A stretch of 64,000 nt of DNA from an uncultured Ruminococcus sp. (GTDB lineage Bacteria; Bacillota; Clostridia; Oscillospirales; CAG-272), in the NCBI GenBank assembly GCA_964621165.1, contig CAZULC010000001.1, forward strand, positions 268,281 through 332,280, written 5' to 3'. The first letter of the stretch is position 1. The number at the start of each line of letters is the position of its first letter. The notes below the pieces were generated by a model. It made no database searches, had not been told where the DNA came from, and saw only the letters and a program-made list of their open reading frames with translations. This document shows, piece after piece, positions 1 to 8,931 of this stretch. The translations under genes were made by a program, and so were the position numbers.

Positions 1-1283
1 CGGCTGAGAACATTATTCTCGGTTTGAGTGAGGGCAGGCGGCTTGACATGAAAGCGGTGGAGCGGAAGGTCAGTGAAATCTGCTCACGTTACGGATTTGA
101 CATAGACCCAGGGATGAAGGTTTACGAGATGACGGTATCCCAGAAGCAGACTCTTGAGATAGTGAAGGTCCTCTACCGTGGAGCCGACGTATTGATTCTT
201 GACGAGCCGACTGCCGTATTGACCCCGCAGGAGACTGAGAAGTTATTTTCGGTCATGCGGGAGATGAAGAAGGACGGTAAAGCCATTGTCATCATCACCC
301 ACAAGCTTCACGAGGTATTGGAGGTATCTGACCGGGTTGCGATATTACGCAAGGGCGAGTACATAGGAACGGTGAACACCTCCGAAGCCACTGAATTATC
401 CCTGACGGAGATGATGGTAGGGCGGAAGGTATCGCTGAACATAGACCGGCCCATAATCAGGGACAAGGTGAAGCGGCTGGAGGTGAAGAATCTATCGGTC
501 ATGGGGGCTGAGGGGATTGAGGTTCTCAAGAATGTTACCTTTGACGCGTACGGCGGGGAGATTCTCGGCATAGCTGGCATATCGGGCTGCGGTCAGAAGG
601 AGCTTCTTGAGTCCATAGCGGGGCTTCAGTATCCGTCGTCTGAGTCGAGCATAAAGTATTATCCGGAGCACGAGGGCAGGACGGCTGAGGAGGCTGAGTC
701 CCATTCCACATCTGCTGAGGCGGTAGAGCTTCTCGGGTTAAATCCTCGTCAGATAAAGGAGCTGGGGGTGACTCTATCCTTTGTACCTGAGGACCGGCTT
801 GGCATGGGGCTTGTGGCTTCCATGGGAATGACGGGGAACATGATGCTTAAGAGCTACGAGGACGGCAAGTCGATTTTTGTAGAACAGAAGCCGCCGAAAG
901 AGCTTGCGGAGGAGATAAAGGACGAGCTTGGGGTTGTGACTCCTGGAGTATCCACACCTGTACGGCGGTTATCGGGCGGAAACGTCCAGAAGGTATTGGT
1001 AGGGCGGGAGATAGCGGCGTCCCCCACGGTATTGATGACGGCGTATGCTGTACGCGGGCTTGACATAGGCACATCCTACCAGATATACCATCTTCTCAAC
1101 GAGCAGAAGGAGAAAGGTGTTGCCGTGATTTACGTAGGCGAGGATCTTGACGTGTTGATCGACTTATGCGACCGGATTTTGGTATTATGTGCGGGTCAGG
1201 TCACGGGTATTGTCGAGGGCAGGTCTGCTACAAAGGAAGAGTTAGGACTGCTTATGACGAAGCTCAGCAGGAAAGGGGAATGA
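1..1283 (+). CDS. ABC transporter ATP-binding protein, fused double-ATPase type (BMP/nucleoside-sugar uptake family); 5' end lies upstream of the window
   Basis: The open frame enters from the window edge (listed ORF 24..1283). Domain 1 shows signature and Walker B (QKQTLEIVKVL..VLILDEPTAVL). Domain 2 shows GISGCGQKEL, LSGGNVQKVLVGRE and VIYVGEDLD. Two translationally coupled permease genes follow. Confidence 0.9.
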   Translation, partial: AENIILGLSEGRRLDMKAVERKVSEICSRYGFDIDPGMKVYEMTVSQKQTLEIVKVLYRGADVLILDEPTAVLTPQETEKLFSVMREMKKDGKAIVIITHKLHEVLEVSDRVAILRKGEYIGTVNTSEATELSLTEMMVGRKVSLNIDRPIIRDKVKRLEVKNLSVMGAEGIEVLKNVTFDAYGGEILGIAGISGCGQKELLESIAGLQYPSSESSIKYYPEHEGRTAEEAESHSTSAEAVELLGLNPRQIKELGVTLSFVPEDRLGMGLVASMGMTGNMMLKSYEDGKSIFVEQKPPKELAEEIKDELGVVTPGVSTPVRRLSGGNVQKVLVGREIAASPTVLMTAYAVRGLDIGTSYQIYHLLNEQKEKGVAVIYVGEDLDVLIDLCDRILVLCAGQVTGIVEGRSATKEELGLLMTKLSRKGE

Positions 1284-2416
1284 CAATGGCAGACGTGAAG
1301 AAAATCCAGACGAAGGAGCCGTTCATTCGTTTGGCGAAGCGTGACGGTGTATCCATGAAGAAGAAAGTCGTGATACGTGCGGCGGCCATATTGTTGGCGT
1401 TAGTGATTGACGCGGCGTTTATTGTGATAGTGACGGGGTTAAATCCCATTGCGGTATACCGTGAGATATTTTTAGCAACCTTCCAGACACCGCTGAGGTT
1501 CATGTGGATGCTGCGTGACATGGCGTCATTATTATGCATAGGAATTGCCTTAGCTCCGGCGTTCAAGATGCGGTTTTGGAACATTGGAGCGGAGGGTCAG
1601 GTACTCATGGGCGGATTTGCGACGGCGGTCTGCATGATGAACTTAGGTCAGAGTTTACCGACGCCATTATTATTTTTAGCGATGATAGTGACGAGCGTTT
1701 TAGCTGGTGCTGTATGGTCATTTTTACCGGCGTTTTTCAAGGCGAACTGGGGTACGAACGAGACTTTATTCACTCTAATGATGAACTACGTAGCGATTCA
1801 GCTTGTAGCGTACTACACGAACATATGGCGCGGACAGGCATCCTCCCTTGGAACCATAAACATGGGTACGAAGGCTGGCTGGTTCCCGAAGTTATTCGGC
1901 TATGATTTTACCTTAAACATAATAATAGTGGCAGTGCTTACGGTAGCGATGTACATATATTTAAAGTACACGAAGCACGGCTACGAGATATCGGTAGTAG
2001 GTGAGAGTGAGAACACGGCGCGGTATGCCGGAATTGACGTAAAGAAAGTCACGATACGGACGATGATCATTTCAGGTGCGGTCTGCGGTTTATGCGGGTT
2101 CATAATAGTTGCGGGCAACAAGCACACGATTGCGACGAACACGGCTGGCGGGAACGGGTTCACTGCTATAATAGTGGCGTGGCTTGCGAAGTTCAACACG
2201 TTTTTCATGGCGCTTATCGCGTTCCTCCTGGTATTTCTTGAGAAAGGCGCGAGTCAGATAGCGTCGGCGTACGGTTTAAACGAGTACATCGCGGACATTA
2301 TCTCAGGTGTGATTTTATTCTGCATACTTGGTTCGGAGTTTTTCATAAACTACAGGATGATTTTCCGTCACACTGAGAAAGCTGAAATTTCTGAGAAAGC
2401 AGGTGAAGCAAAATGA
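1280..2416 (+). CDS. ABC transporter permease (BMP/nucleoside-sugar family, YufP/NupP-like)
   Basis: ATGA start/stop overlap with the ATPase gene (ATG 1280, TGA 1281-1283). The protein is polytopic and hydrophobic with a WNIGAEGQ permease motif. The ORF-track start at 1166 lies inside the upstream gene and is unlikely. Confidence 0.85.
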   Translation: MTMADVKKIQTKEPFIRLAKRDGVSMKKKVVIRAAAILLALVIDAAFIVIVTGLNPIAVYREIFLATFQTPLRFMWMLRDMASLLCIGIALAPAFKMRFWNIGAEGQVLMGGFATAVCMMNLGQSLPTPLLFLAMIVTSVLAGAVWSFLPAFFKANWGTNETLFTLMMNYVAIQLVAYYTNIWRGQASSLGTINMGTKAGWFPKLFGYDFTLNIIIVAVLTVAMYIYLKYTKHGYEISVVGESENTARYAGIDVKKVTIRTMIISGAVCGLCGFIIVAGNKHTIATNTAGGNGFTAIIVAWLAKFNTFFMALIAFLLVFLEKGASQIASAYGLNEYIADIISGVILFCILGSEFFINYRMIFRHTEKAEISEKAGEAK

Positions 2417-3411
2417 TAGAGACAAACATACTTGCGTGGATCAGCCGTGCTGTACAGTTTGGCACGATAATAATGTTCGGTTCTCTTGGCGAGATACTGA
2501 CGGAGAAGTCGGGCAATTTAAACCTCGGTGTACCGGGGATAATGTATCTTGGAGCCTTTGCGGGATTTGCGTCAGCGTACGGTTACGAGAACGCGGCGAA
2601 GTCTCCGTCGGGTGCGGTATGCATAATATTAGCGTTAGTGTCGGCGTTTATAGCGGCGGCCATTGGCGGGTTAATATATTCATTTTTGACGATAACCCTA
2701 CGTGCGAACCAGAATGTGACGGGCCTTGCTTTGACTACCTTTGGCATGGGGGTTGCGAACTTCTTTGGAGCTTTGATGTTACAGGGGGAGGTATACACGG
2801 CGGCGCCCATATCGAACGCGGCGTTCATCAAGAAGATACCATATCTCTCGAACCATCTTGGATTTATAGGCGAGGCTATATTCTCATACGGATTTCTCGC
2901 GTACTTTGCGATAATAACGGCTATAATCCTACACATATTTTTAAGCAAGACGAAGTCAGGTTTAAACCTGCGAGCGGTAGGTGAGAATCCTGCTACAGCT
3001 GATGCGGCTGGGATAAACGTATCGAAGTACAAGTATTTAGCGACTACAATTGGTGCGGGGATCTCAGGAATCGGCGGCGTCTATTATGTTCTGGACTACA
3101 ACAACGGCATATGGGCGACGACGGGTCAGATAGAAGCCTTAGGCTGGTTAGCGGTAGCGCTTGTAATCTTCACGACGTGGCGGCCGTTGAATGCAATCTG
3201 GGGAGCATATCTCTTTGGCATGCTCTACTGGCTCTACAACTTTCTCCCGAAGCTCCTCGGTTTCACGAACGTAGACCGCACGAGCAGTCTCTACCAGATG
3301 ATACCGTACATTGTAACGATTATAGTATTAGTGGCGGTAAGTCTCCGGAGAAAGCGCGAATCCCAGCCCCCGGCGTCGCTTGGGTTAGCGTACTTCCGTG
3401 AGGAGCGGTAG
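2413..3411 (+). CDS. ABC transporter permease (YufQ/NupQ-like)
   Basis: ATGA overlap with the upstream permease (ATG 2413, TGA 2414-2416). Hydrophobic 332-aa protein with an NLGVPGIMYLGAF motif. It is the third gene of the importer operon. Confidence 0.85.
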   Translation: MIETNILAWISRAVQFGTIIMFGSLGEILTEKSGNLNLGVPGIMYLGAFAGFASAYGYENAAKSPSGAVCIILALVSAFIAAAIGGLIYSFLTITLRANQNVTGLALTTFGMGVANFFGALMLQGEVYTAAPISNAAFIKKIPYLSNHLGFIGEAIFSYGFLAYFAIITAIILHIFLSKTKSGLNLRAVGENPATADAAGINVSKYKYLATTIGAGISGIGGVYYVLDYNNGIWATTGQIEALGWLAVALVIFTTWRPLNAIWGAYLFGMLYWLYNFLPKLLGFTNVDRTSSLYQMIPYIVTIIVLVAVSLRRKRESQPPASLGLAYFREER

Positions 3412-3427
3412 GTTTAGGAAGTGGAGC

Positions 3428-3731
3428 GATGGGAGACAAGGGGAACGCGCTTCTTGAAAGAAGCTGTGCAAGAACTTTATTCCTCATTCTCCTTTTGGTT
3501 TAGCTGAGCAGGGAATGCTCACTCCGAACTATTCTGCAGCTGAGTAGGTAGGATACGGTGGTAGTGGGAGCAGTCCTTGAACTGAGGAGTAGTTGAGACG
3601 GCAGTCAGGGACCGCCTGGTCGGTACACTTTTCTCCCCCCTGCCTGCCCTCAAACCCTTCCGATTGCGTAATTTAGCAGTGATAACGTGCAGTCGATAGC
3701 AGTTATATCAGCGCGGTTGTTAGTGCTAAGG
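3428..3731 (+). ncRNA. Family C structured intergenic element, copy a (candidate ncRNA, class unknown)
   Basis: Aligns block by block with 41009-41452 and 54080-54406. Outer stem GGGGAA(3440-3445)/TTCCTC(3480-3485) encloses hairpin GCTTCTT-GAA-AGAAGC. The 3' hairpin is TGATAAC..GTTATATCA. No conserved ORF. Confidence 0.5.
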
Positions 3732-3750
3732 TGTTTGTGCATTTGTGTAC

Positions 3751-3772
3751 CTGCTGCGGGAGCAGATTTTTT
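3751..3772 (+). terminator. Weak intrinsic terminator just after Family C copy a
   Basis: CTGCT-GCGGG-AGCAG hairpin followed by ATTTTTT. Confidence 0.35.
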
Positions 3773-3788
3773 GTCGGCGGTGTCTGAC

Positions 3789-3871
3789 TGCGGCAGCTGA
3801 ACTGTAGAACCGTGAGATTTCTTAAACTTAGGCTGAATAATAGCCGGAGATAGCCCGTGGGGGCTCCCCAC
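3789..3871 (+). repeat. Family A GC-hairpin repeat unit
   Basis: TGCGGCAGCTGAACTG..GGCTGAATAATAGCCGGAGATAGCCCGTGGGGGCTCCCCAC aligns with the units at 61139-61462 and 38097-38777. Confidence 0.7.
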
Positions 3872-3880
3872 TTTTATCTT
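3857..3880 (+). terminator. Intrinsic terminator formed by the Family A terminal hairpin
   Basis: GTGGGG-GCT-CCCCAC followed by TTTTATCTT, directly upstream of the guaA promoter. Confidence 0.55.
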
Positions 3881-3886
3881 ATGGGA

Positions 3887-3915
3887 TTTACAAGAAGGCT
3901 GATTTGTGATATAAT
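3887..3915 (+). promoter_or_regulatory. Sigma-A type promoter of guaA
   Basis: -35 TTTACA (3887-3892), 17-nt spacer, extended -10 TGATATAAT (3907-3915). Confidence 0.6.
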
Positions 3916-3948
3916 TAGAATGATAAAAAATTTAAGGTGGTTTTACAT

Positions 3949-5487
3949 ATGCAGAAGGTTATAATACTTGACTTTGGCGGGCAGTACAAAGAACTGATTG
4001 CCCGGCGGGTTCGGGAGTGCGGCACTGACTCCATTATTATTGACGGCGACATTTCCGCTGAGAAATTAAAAAAAGAGGCTCCCATTGGCGTTATTTTAAC
4101 CGGCGGGCCTAATTCCGTTTATTTATCCGACTCGCCGAAGTGTGACCCGGGAATTTTCGGGTTAGGCATACCGGTTTTAGGCATCTGCTACGGCTGTCAG
4201 CTTATGGCGTACACTCTTGGCGGCCATGTGGACTCCTGTGCGGTCAGCGAATACGGGCGGACGAATGCGGTTGTGGATGTTTCTTCACCATTATTTACGG
4301 GGCTTAATGAGGAGCAGGTGGTTCTCATGTCCCACACGGACTTTGTGGCTTCACTGCCCGATGGTTTTATCGGCATGGGGAAGACGGAATCCTGTCCATA
4401 CGCGGCTTTTGGCGACGTGGAGAGGAAGTTATACGGCGTCCAGTTCCATCCCGAGGTAGAGAACACGGAGAACGGCACAGCTATAATCGCGAACTTTTTG
4501 AAAAATGTCTGCGGTGCCATCGGCGACTACTCCATGGACGATTACCTCAAGAGAACTATTGCGGCAGTCCGTGAGCAGGTAGGGGACAGCCGGGTGCTTC
4601 TCGGTTTATCAGGCGGTGTTGACTCCTCAGTATGTGCGGCATTATTATCCGAGGCGATAGGGGAGAGGCTTGTCTGCATATACATCGACCACGGACTTAT
4701 GCGTGCGCACGAGACCGACGAGATCAAGGCGGCGTTTGCGAATCGGAAGCTGAATTTTGTACCGATAGACGCGTCGGAGAGTTATTTCCGTCGGTTGAAG
4801 GGGGTTGTGGACCCTGAGGAGAAGCGTCACATTATCGGGGACGAGTTTGTGCGGTCCTTTGAGCGTGCGGCGGCGGAGGTAGGTAATCCGGAGTTTTTGG
4901 CACAGGGAACGATATATCCGGACGTAGTGGAGTCAGGCAAGAACAAGAAGTCAGCGGTGATAAAGAGTCACCACAACGTGGGCGGTCTGCCTGAGAAGAT
5001 GAACTTCAAGGGGGTAGTGGAGCCGCTGTCCCACCTATTCAAGGACGAGGTGCGCCGGCTTGGAGTTATGCTCGGACTTCCCACCACACTTGTCAATCGT
5101 CAACCCTTTCCCGGACCGGGCTTGGCAGTGCGTGTAATAGGGGAAGTGACGCGGGAGAAGTGCGACATTCTGCGGCAGGCGGATTTGATTTTCCGAACGG
5201 AGCTTGAGCAGTACCGTGAGAAGTCGGACGACGCGCGTGCGGACCAATACTTTGCGGTTCTAACGGACACGAGGAGCGTAGGAGTGAAGGGGGACTTCCG
5301 GACGTACGGGTACACGGTAGCTTTGCGGGCTGTGCGGACGAGTGACTTTATGACGTGCAGGATTGCGAGATTGCCGTATGAGCTGATAGAGACGGTGGCG
5401 TCGAGGATTGCGAACGAGGTGGACGGGGTCGGCAGGGTCGTGTATGATATCACAGGAAAGCCACCGGCTACTATTGAGTGGGAGTGA
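3949..5487 (+). CDS. guaA: GMP synthase (glutamine-hydrolysing)
   Basis: GATase domain with GICYGCQLM, ATP-PPase motif SGGVDSS, and a C-terminal dimerisation domain ending ATIEWE. ATG 3949 sits 9 nt after AAGGTGG. The GTG at 3937 overlaps that SD. Confidence 0.95.
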   Translation: MQKVIILDFGGQYKELIARRVRECGTDSIIIDGDISAEKLKKEAPIGVILTGGPNSVYLSDSPKCDPGIFGLGIPVLGICYGCQLMAYTLGGHVDSCAVSEYGRTNAVVDVSSPLFTGLNEEQVVLMSHTDFVASLPDGFIGMGKTESCPYAAFGDVERKLYGVQFHPEVENTENGTAIIANFLKNVCGAIGDYSMDDYLKRTIAAVREQVGDSRVLLGLSGGVDSSVCAALLSEAIGERLVCIYIDHGLMRAHETDEIKAAFANRKLNFVPIDASESYFRRLKGVVDPEEKRHIIGDEFVRSFERAAAEVGNPEFLAQGTIYPDVVESGKNKKSAVIKSHHNVGGLPEKMNFKGVVEPLSHLFKDEVRRLGVMLGLPTTLVNRQPFPGPGLAVRVIGEVTREKCDILRQADLIFRTELEQYREKSDDARADQYFAVLTDTRSVGVKGDFRTYGYTVALRAVRTSDFMTCRIARLPYELIETVASRIANEVDGVGRVVYDITGKPPATIEWE

Positions 5488-5584
5488 TTGCACAGAGATA
5501 CTTTCCCGGCTGTAGAGCTGTAAAAGTCGTGTTTTAGTGAAGTCGTGACAACGGATTGACAACAATATTTCATTATTCATAAGT

Positions 5585-5628
5585 AAAGAGCTAACTGATT
5601 TTGTCGTCGGTTAGCTCTTTTGTTTTTT
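5585..5628 (+). terminator. Intrinsic terminator after guaA
   Basis: AAAGAGCTAAC..GTTAGCTCTTT stem (11 bp) followed by TGTTTTTT. Confidence 0.75.
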
Positions 5629-5912
5629 ATTAATATGAATTTTTTTTAATTATCAATTTAATCAGTCATCTTTTTATTTTTTCAATCTAACTATATGCCT
5701 CATCTTTATCCTTTTGCTTAACAGTCTTTCGAGGTCAATGTTTTGATTTTTTTCCTTTACATATTTGGTTAAAATTCCTATGAGAAGTTTGCCTATGCGT
5801 AACATTTCTTGATTGGCTTCGCTTTTCAAGCCATCAGCTTCGCCAGCACCTAATTTTATATTATCTCCTCAATTGTTGTTTGTGTTCTTTTTAACCATCC
5901 ATCAGCATATCG

Positions 5913-6230
5913 CTAAAAATTATAATGAACTAACAATACGCCGTTGTTTACTGGATTCAAGCTCCGGGTAGTGATACCGCCATTTATCGTATTCTTCTTT
6001 TGTGATTTCGCCGTTTTCCAGTTTTTTGCCTGCTCGTTCCATTTGAGGAACATATCGTGCATTGCGGCGCGGGAGGTTGTCAGGTCGGATTTTGGAGTGC
6101 GTACCCCTGTTTCGTACTGTGCGAGGCGGACGTCCGCGCTCTTTTCGGGGAAGCACAAAAGCTGTCCGAGATATTTCTGCGTCATGCCGCGGAGATTGCG
6201 GAAAAAATGGATTCTTTCACCTATTGCCAT
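5913..6230 (-). pseudogene. XRE-family HTH regulator, apparently frameshifted
   Basis: The N-terminal HTH MAIGERIHFFRNLRGMTQKYLGQLL is in ORF 5913..6230. The expected C-terminus GEITKEEYDKWRYHYPE is in a second frame (ORF 5920..6156). The frames switch at the T6 run at 6022-6027. Confidence 0.55.
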
Positions 6231-6516
6231 TTGTTTATACTCCTATTATAATTTAATTATCAGATAAAGGTATACAAATCCGGATGATTTATTCGTTATC
6301 ATTATTTAGCTGCAATGGGATGACGATTTACTCCTTGGGCTTACCACATTTTCCGACGGCTGTAGACTTCGTTGGCTGAATCGGCTGTCCGCTTTGGCCG
6401 GATGTCGCTTGCGGAGATGTCTGTTTCAGTGATGTTATTTTTAGTATACCTGTAAATTGCGGATAATTCAAGGGGATTAGGTGAAACATTTCAGTGAAGC
6501 CGGAGTTTGGGTTATG

Positions 6517-6602
6517 TTGCGGGAGCTTTGGCTCGGTCGTCGTGGGAGCTGTTAAAGTTTCAGCTGTAGAAAAGCTGAGACTGCCTGCGGGGACTTCCCC
6601 GC
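6517..6602 (+). repeat. Family A repeat unit (complete, 86 nt)
   Basis: TGCGGGAGCTTTGGCTCGGTCGTCGTGGGAGC..CTGCCTGCGGGGACTTCCCCGC. It occupies the position where the 5' half of the GNAT gene should be. Confidence 0.7.
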
Positions 6603-6839
6603 TGGGAGTGTGACCCGCCGGAGATGAAGGTGGTGCCGTTTTACCGGCTGATGGGGTTTGTGATTGACAGGCGGTTTCGCAGGCGTGGGATTGGCGGGGT
6701 GGTGCTTGAGGAAGCTGTCGCGAGGGTGTCCCGGGAGTTTGGGGTGAGACCGATTGCACTGGGGTGTCAGGAAGGAAATATTGGGGCGGCGCGGTTTTAT
6801 GAGAGACACGGGTTCCGGCGGGTGGAATGGTGGGGATGA
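6603..6839 (+). pseudogene. GNAT family N-acetyltransferase remnant (C-terminal half only)
   Basis: Acetyl-CoA pocket motif RRFRRRGIGGVVLEEAV and ARFYERHGF in ORF 6624..6839. There is no N-terminal half. The expected tail DEDDVYYLRY continues in another frame (ORF 6754..7005). Confidence 0.6.
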
Positions 6840-6885
6840 GGATGATGTGTATTATTTGAGGTATCCTGCGGGGATGCAGAATAAA

Positions 6886-6976
6886 TCGTGGGAGTTTTTT
6901 ACTACTCAGCTGAAGTTGTGCCGATTTCACCTGTCGGGGTGTCCCGACCCGAGTTCACCTGTCGGGGTGTCCCGGC
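6886..6976 (+). repeat. Family A repeat unit with doubled terminal hairpin
   Basis: TCGTGGGAG..CAGCTGAAG..TTCACCTGTCGGGGTGTCCCGAC followed by a second TTCACCTGTCGGGGTGTCCCGGC. Confidence 0.6.
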
Positions 6977-7071
6977 TCATACAGGACCGCTTTTCTTATT
7001 TTTGAACGAGTGTTTAATGAAGAAGATTTTTTATTATTGCAAGGGGCGGGGTGGATTTTTTGGGGGAGATA

Positions 7072-7080
7072 TGGTATAAT
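7072..7080 (+). promoter_or_regulatory. Extended -10 promoter element upstream of the GH3 gene
   Basis: TGGTATAAT lies 35 nt upstream of ATG 7115. The -35 region is weak (TGGATT). Confidence 0.45.
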
Positions 7081-7114
7081 TCTAGTGGTATATAATAATG
7101 AAGGAGATTTTGGT

Positions 7115-8434
7115 ATGAAGCGCGTATATAGATTGAATCGGTTCGATGTTCTGCTCATTGTGCTTGCGGTGGTGATTTCCGTGGGAACTATTGGGTGGTG
7201 TCTGGTTACGATTGGGAACAGGTCGGAATCCGGCGTTGAATCCGGTGAAAGTGACGCTGTGGCTGATACGGACGAATCCCGTGAGTCTGAACCTGAGCCT
7301 GAATCCGAGTCCGAGACGGTGAACGACAGTTTTTTTGAGACGGACGAATCGTGGGAGACTGAGCCGCCTGAGACTTTGCCCGAGACTGAGGCTGAGTCCG
7401 CTCTTCCTTCCGGCGAGGGGGAGTTATTTTACGATTACTACCAGCAGGCGGAGGAAATTTTAGCTTCCATGACGCTGGAGGAAAAGGTGGGGCAGATGTT
7501 TCTTGCGCGCTTCCCGGGTGACGGGGTCCTTGACGAGATTCGGGAGTACTCCCCCGGCGGGTACATTTTATTTGCGCGGGATTTTGAGAATGAGACTCCG
7601 GAGTCCATCCGTGAGAAGCTGGAGCAGTGTCAGGCGGCGAGCAGTGTCGGCTTGATTCTCGGCGTGGACGAGGAAGGCGGGAGTGTGGTCCGGGTCAGCG
7701 GATTTACGGCGTTCCGGGAGAGCAGGTTCCTCTCGCCACAGCAGATATGGGCAGAAGGACAACTTCCGGCAATTCTCGAGGACTCCACGGAAAAGTCGGA
7801 ACTGCTTCTCGGGCTGGGGCTGAACATGAATCTTGCTCCGGTAGCGGACGTGCCGACGAGTGAAAATTCCTTCATGTATGACCGTTCCTACGGGCGGGGT
7901 GTGGACAAGACTTCGATTTACGTGGCGCGTGTGGTGCAGAGGATGAGGCAGGATGGCATGATTTCGGTGATGAAGCACTTCCCGGGCTACGGCGACAACG
8001 GCGACACCCACAACGGCTCTACGGTTGACGAGCGGGAGTATTCGGTATTTGAGGACGCGGACTTTCTGCCATTTGTCAGCGGAATCGAAGCCGGCGGGCC
8101 GTGCATTTTGGTCAGTCACACTATCGTGAAGTGCATGGACGGGGACAATCCGGCGTCTCTGTCGGCAAAGGTACACGGGATTCTGCGGAACAATCTAGGA
8201 TTTTCGGGGGTGATCATGACGGACGACCTTGGCATGGGTGCGGTGAGCGGATATGACGACGCGGCGGTGAGAGCGGTTCTCGCGGGAAACGACATGATTA
8301 TTACGTCGGATCTGAGCGGGGATGTGAGCGAGGTCATGGCTGCGATTGAACGAGGGGAGATAGAGGAAGAAGTGATTGATACGGCAGTTCGGCGGGTGCT
8401 GGCGATGAAAGTCAGGTACAGTATAATAAAATAG
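7115..8434 (+). CDS. Membrane-anchored glycoside hydrolase family 3 (beta-N-acetylhexosaminidase, NagZ-like)
   Basis: AAGGAG lies 8 nt before ATG 7115. An N-terminal TM helix (VLLIVLAVVISVGTIGW) and an acidic linker precede GH3 motifs KHFPGYG and GVIMTDDLGM. Confidence 0.8.
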   Translation: MKRVYRLNRFDVLLIVLAVVISVGTIGWCLVTIGNRSESGVESGESDAVADTDESRESEPEPESESETVNDSFFETDESWETEPPETLPETEAESALPSGEGELFYDYYQQAEEILASMTLEEKVGQMFLARFPGDGVLDEIREYSPGGYILFARDFENETPESIREKLEQCQAASSVGLILGVDEEGGSVVRVSGFTAFRESRFLSPQQIWAEGQLPAILEDSTEKSELLLGLGLNMNLAPVADVPTSENSFMYDRSYGRGVDKTSIYVARVVQRMRQDGMISVMKHFPGYGDNGDTHNGSTVDEREYSVFEDADFLPFVSGIEAGGPCILVSHTIVKCMDGDNPASLSAKVHGILRNNLGFSGVIMTDDLGMGAVSGYDDAAVRAVLAGNDMIITSDLSGDVSEVMAAIERGEIEEEVIDTAVRRVLAMKVRYSIIK

Positions 8435-8448
8435 GTAGGGATTGTTTA

Positions 8449-8489
8449 AAGTTCGTCCTGCTTTTGGGGAAGCAGGTCGGACTTTTTTA
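8449..8489 (+). terminator. Intrinsic terminator after the GH3 gene
   Basis: Stem GTCCTGCTT..AAGCAGGTCGGAC followed by TTTTTTAT. Confidence 0.6.
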
Positions 8490-8633
8490 TGGGTTTAGTA
8501 AAGCGTTTGCGGGAAAACTAAAGCTGCAGTTTAGCTTTGGTGTTTGTCTGATTGGCGGACATTTTGGCGCGGGTTTGGTATAATTTGAGCATCAATGACG
8601 CGCGGGCTTGAAATTTAATTTTATGATGTTTTT

Positions 8634-8792
8634 ATGATTTGCATTGGTGAAAATATCAGACGTTTGAGGCGGGAGCGGGACATCACGCAGGATGAATTGG
8701 CGGAATTTATGCGGCGGGATGAGTTTGCGGATGTTATGGGTGAGGATGAAGTTATGGCTGCGCTGGCTGAGGTTGAGAAAGCGGCGAAATGA
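8634..8792 (+). CDS. 52-aa ORF with the N-terminal half of an XRE-type HTH (possibly truncated)
   Basis: MICIGENIRRLRRERDITQDELAEFM.., preceded by TGGTATAAT at 8576-8584. It is too short for the ORF track and lacks the recognition helix. Confidence 0.25.
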   Translation: MICIGENIRRLRRERDITQDELAEFMRRDEFADVMGEDEVMAALAEVEKAAK

Positions 8793-8796
8793 ATGG

Positions 8797-8883
8797 GGGT
8801 CGGTAGCACCGACGGGCGGTCTCGGCGCTGCGGCAGTTGAGCAGGGGAGAAGACCCACGACGACGATTCTTTGGCTCCCGCAG
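8797..8883 (-). repeat. Family A repeat unit (reverse orientation)
   Basis: The reverse complement reads CTGCGGGAGCCAAAGAATCGTCGTCGTGGG..CCGCCCGTCGGTGCTACCGACCC. Confidence 0.65.
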
Positions 8884-8892
8884 AATAAAAAT

Positions 8893-8931
8893 AAAGGCTG
8901 GCTTGGGCTTGGAGCTTGGGTCAGCTTTTTT
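8893..8931. terminator. Bidirectional intrinsic terminator (serves the convergent AraC gene)
   Basis: AAAGGCTG..CAGCTTTTTT stem with an A/T-rich tract (AATAAAAATAAA) on one side and a T-tract on the other. Close sequence relatives occur at 15758-15797 and 27728-27757. Confidence 0.55.

Noticed and set aside
6265-6279. An exact 15-mer, TAAAGGTATACAAAT, is shared with 9018-9032 (followed in both by ..GGATGATT..). It could be direct repeats bounding a 2.7-kb segment.
   Set aside because: About one or two chance 15-mer matches are expected in 64 kb on two strands. Similarity decays immediately outside the core. No integrase or other mobility gene lies between the two copies. It could still be a shared operator half-site (GTATAC core), but the evidence is too thin.
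6328-6930. A 200-aa minus-strand ORF (Pro/Ser/Thr-rich) covers the GNAT region.
   Set aside because: It is antisense to a recognisable GNAT remnant and to two Family A units, whose antisense frames are generally stop-free. It has no domain-like sequence and no RBS.
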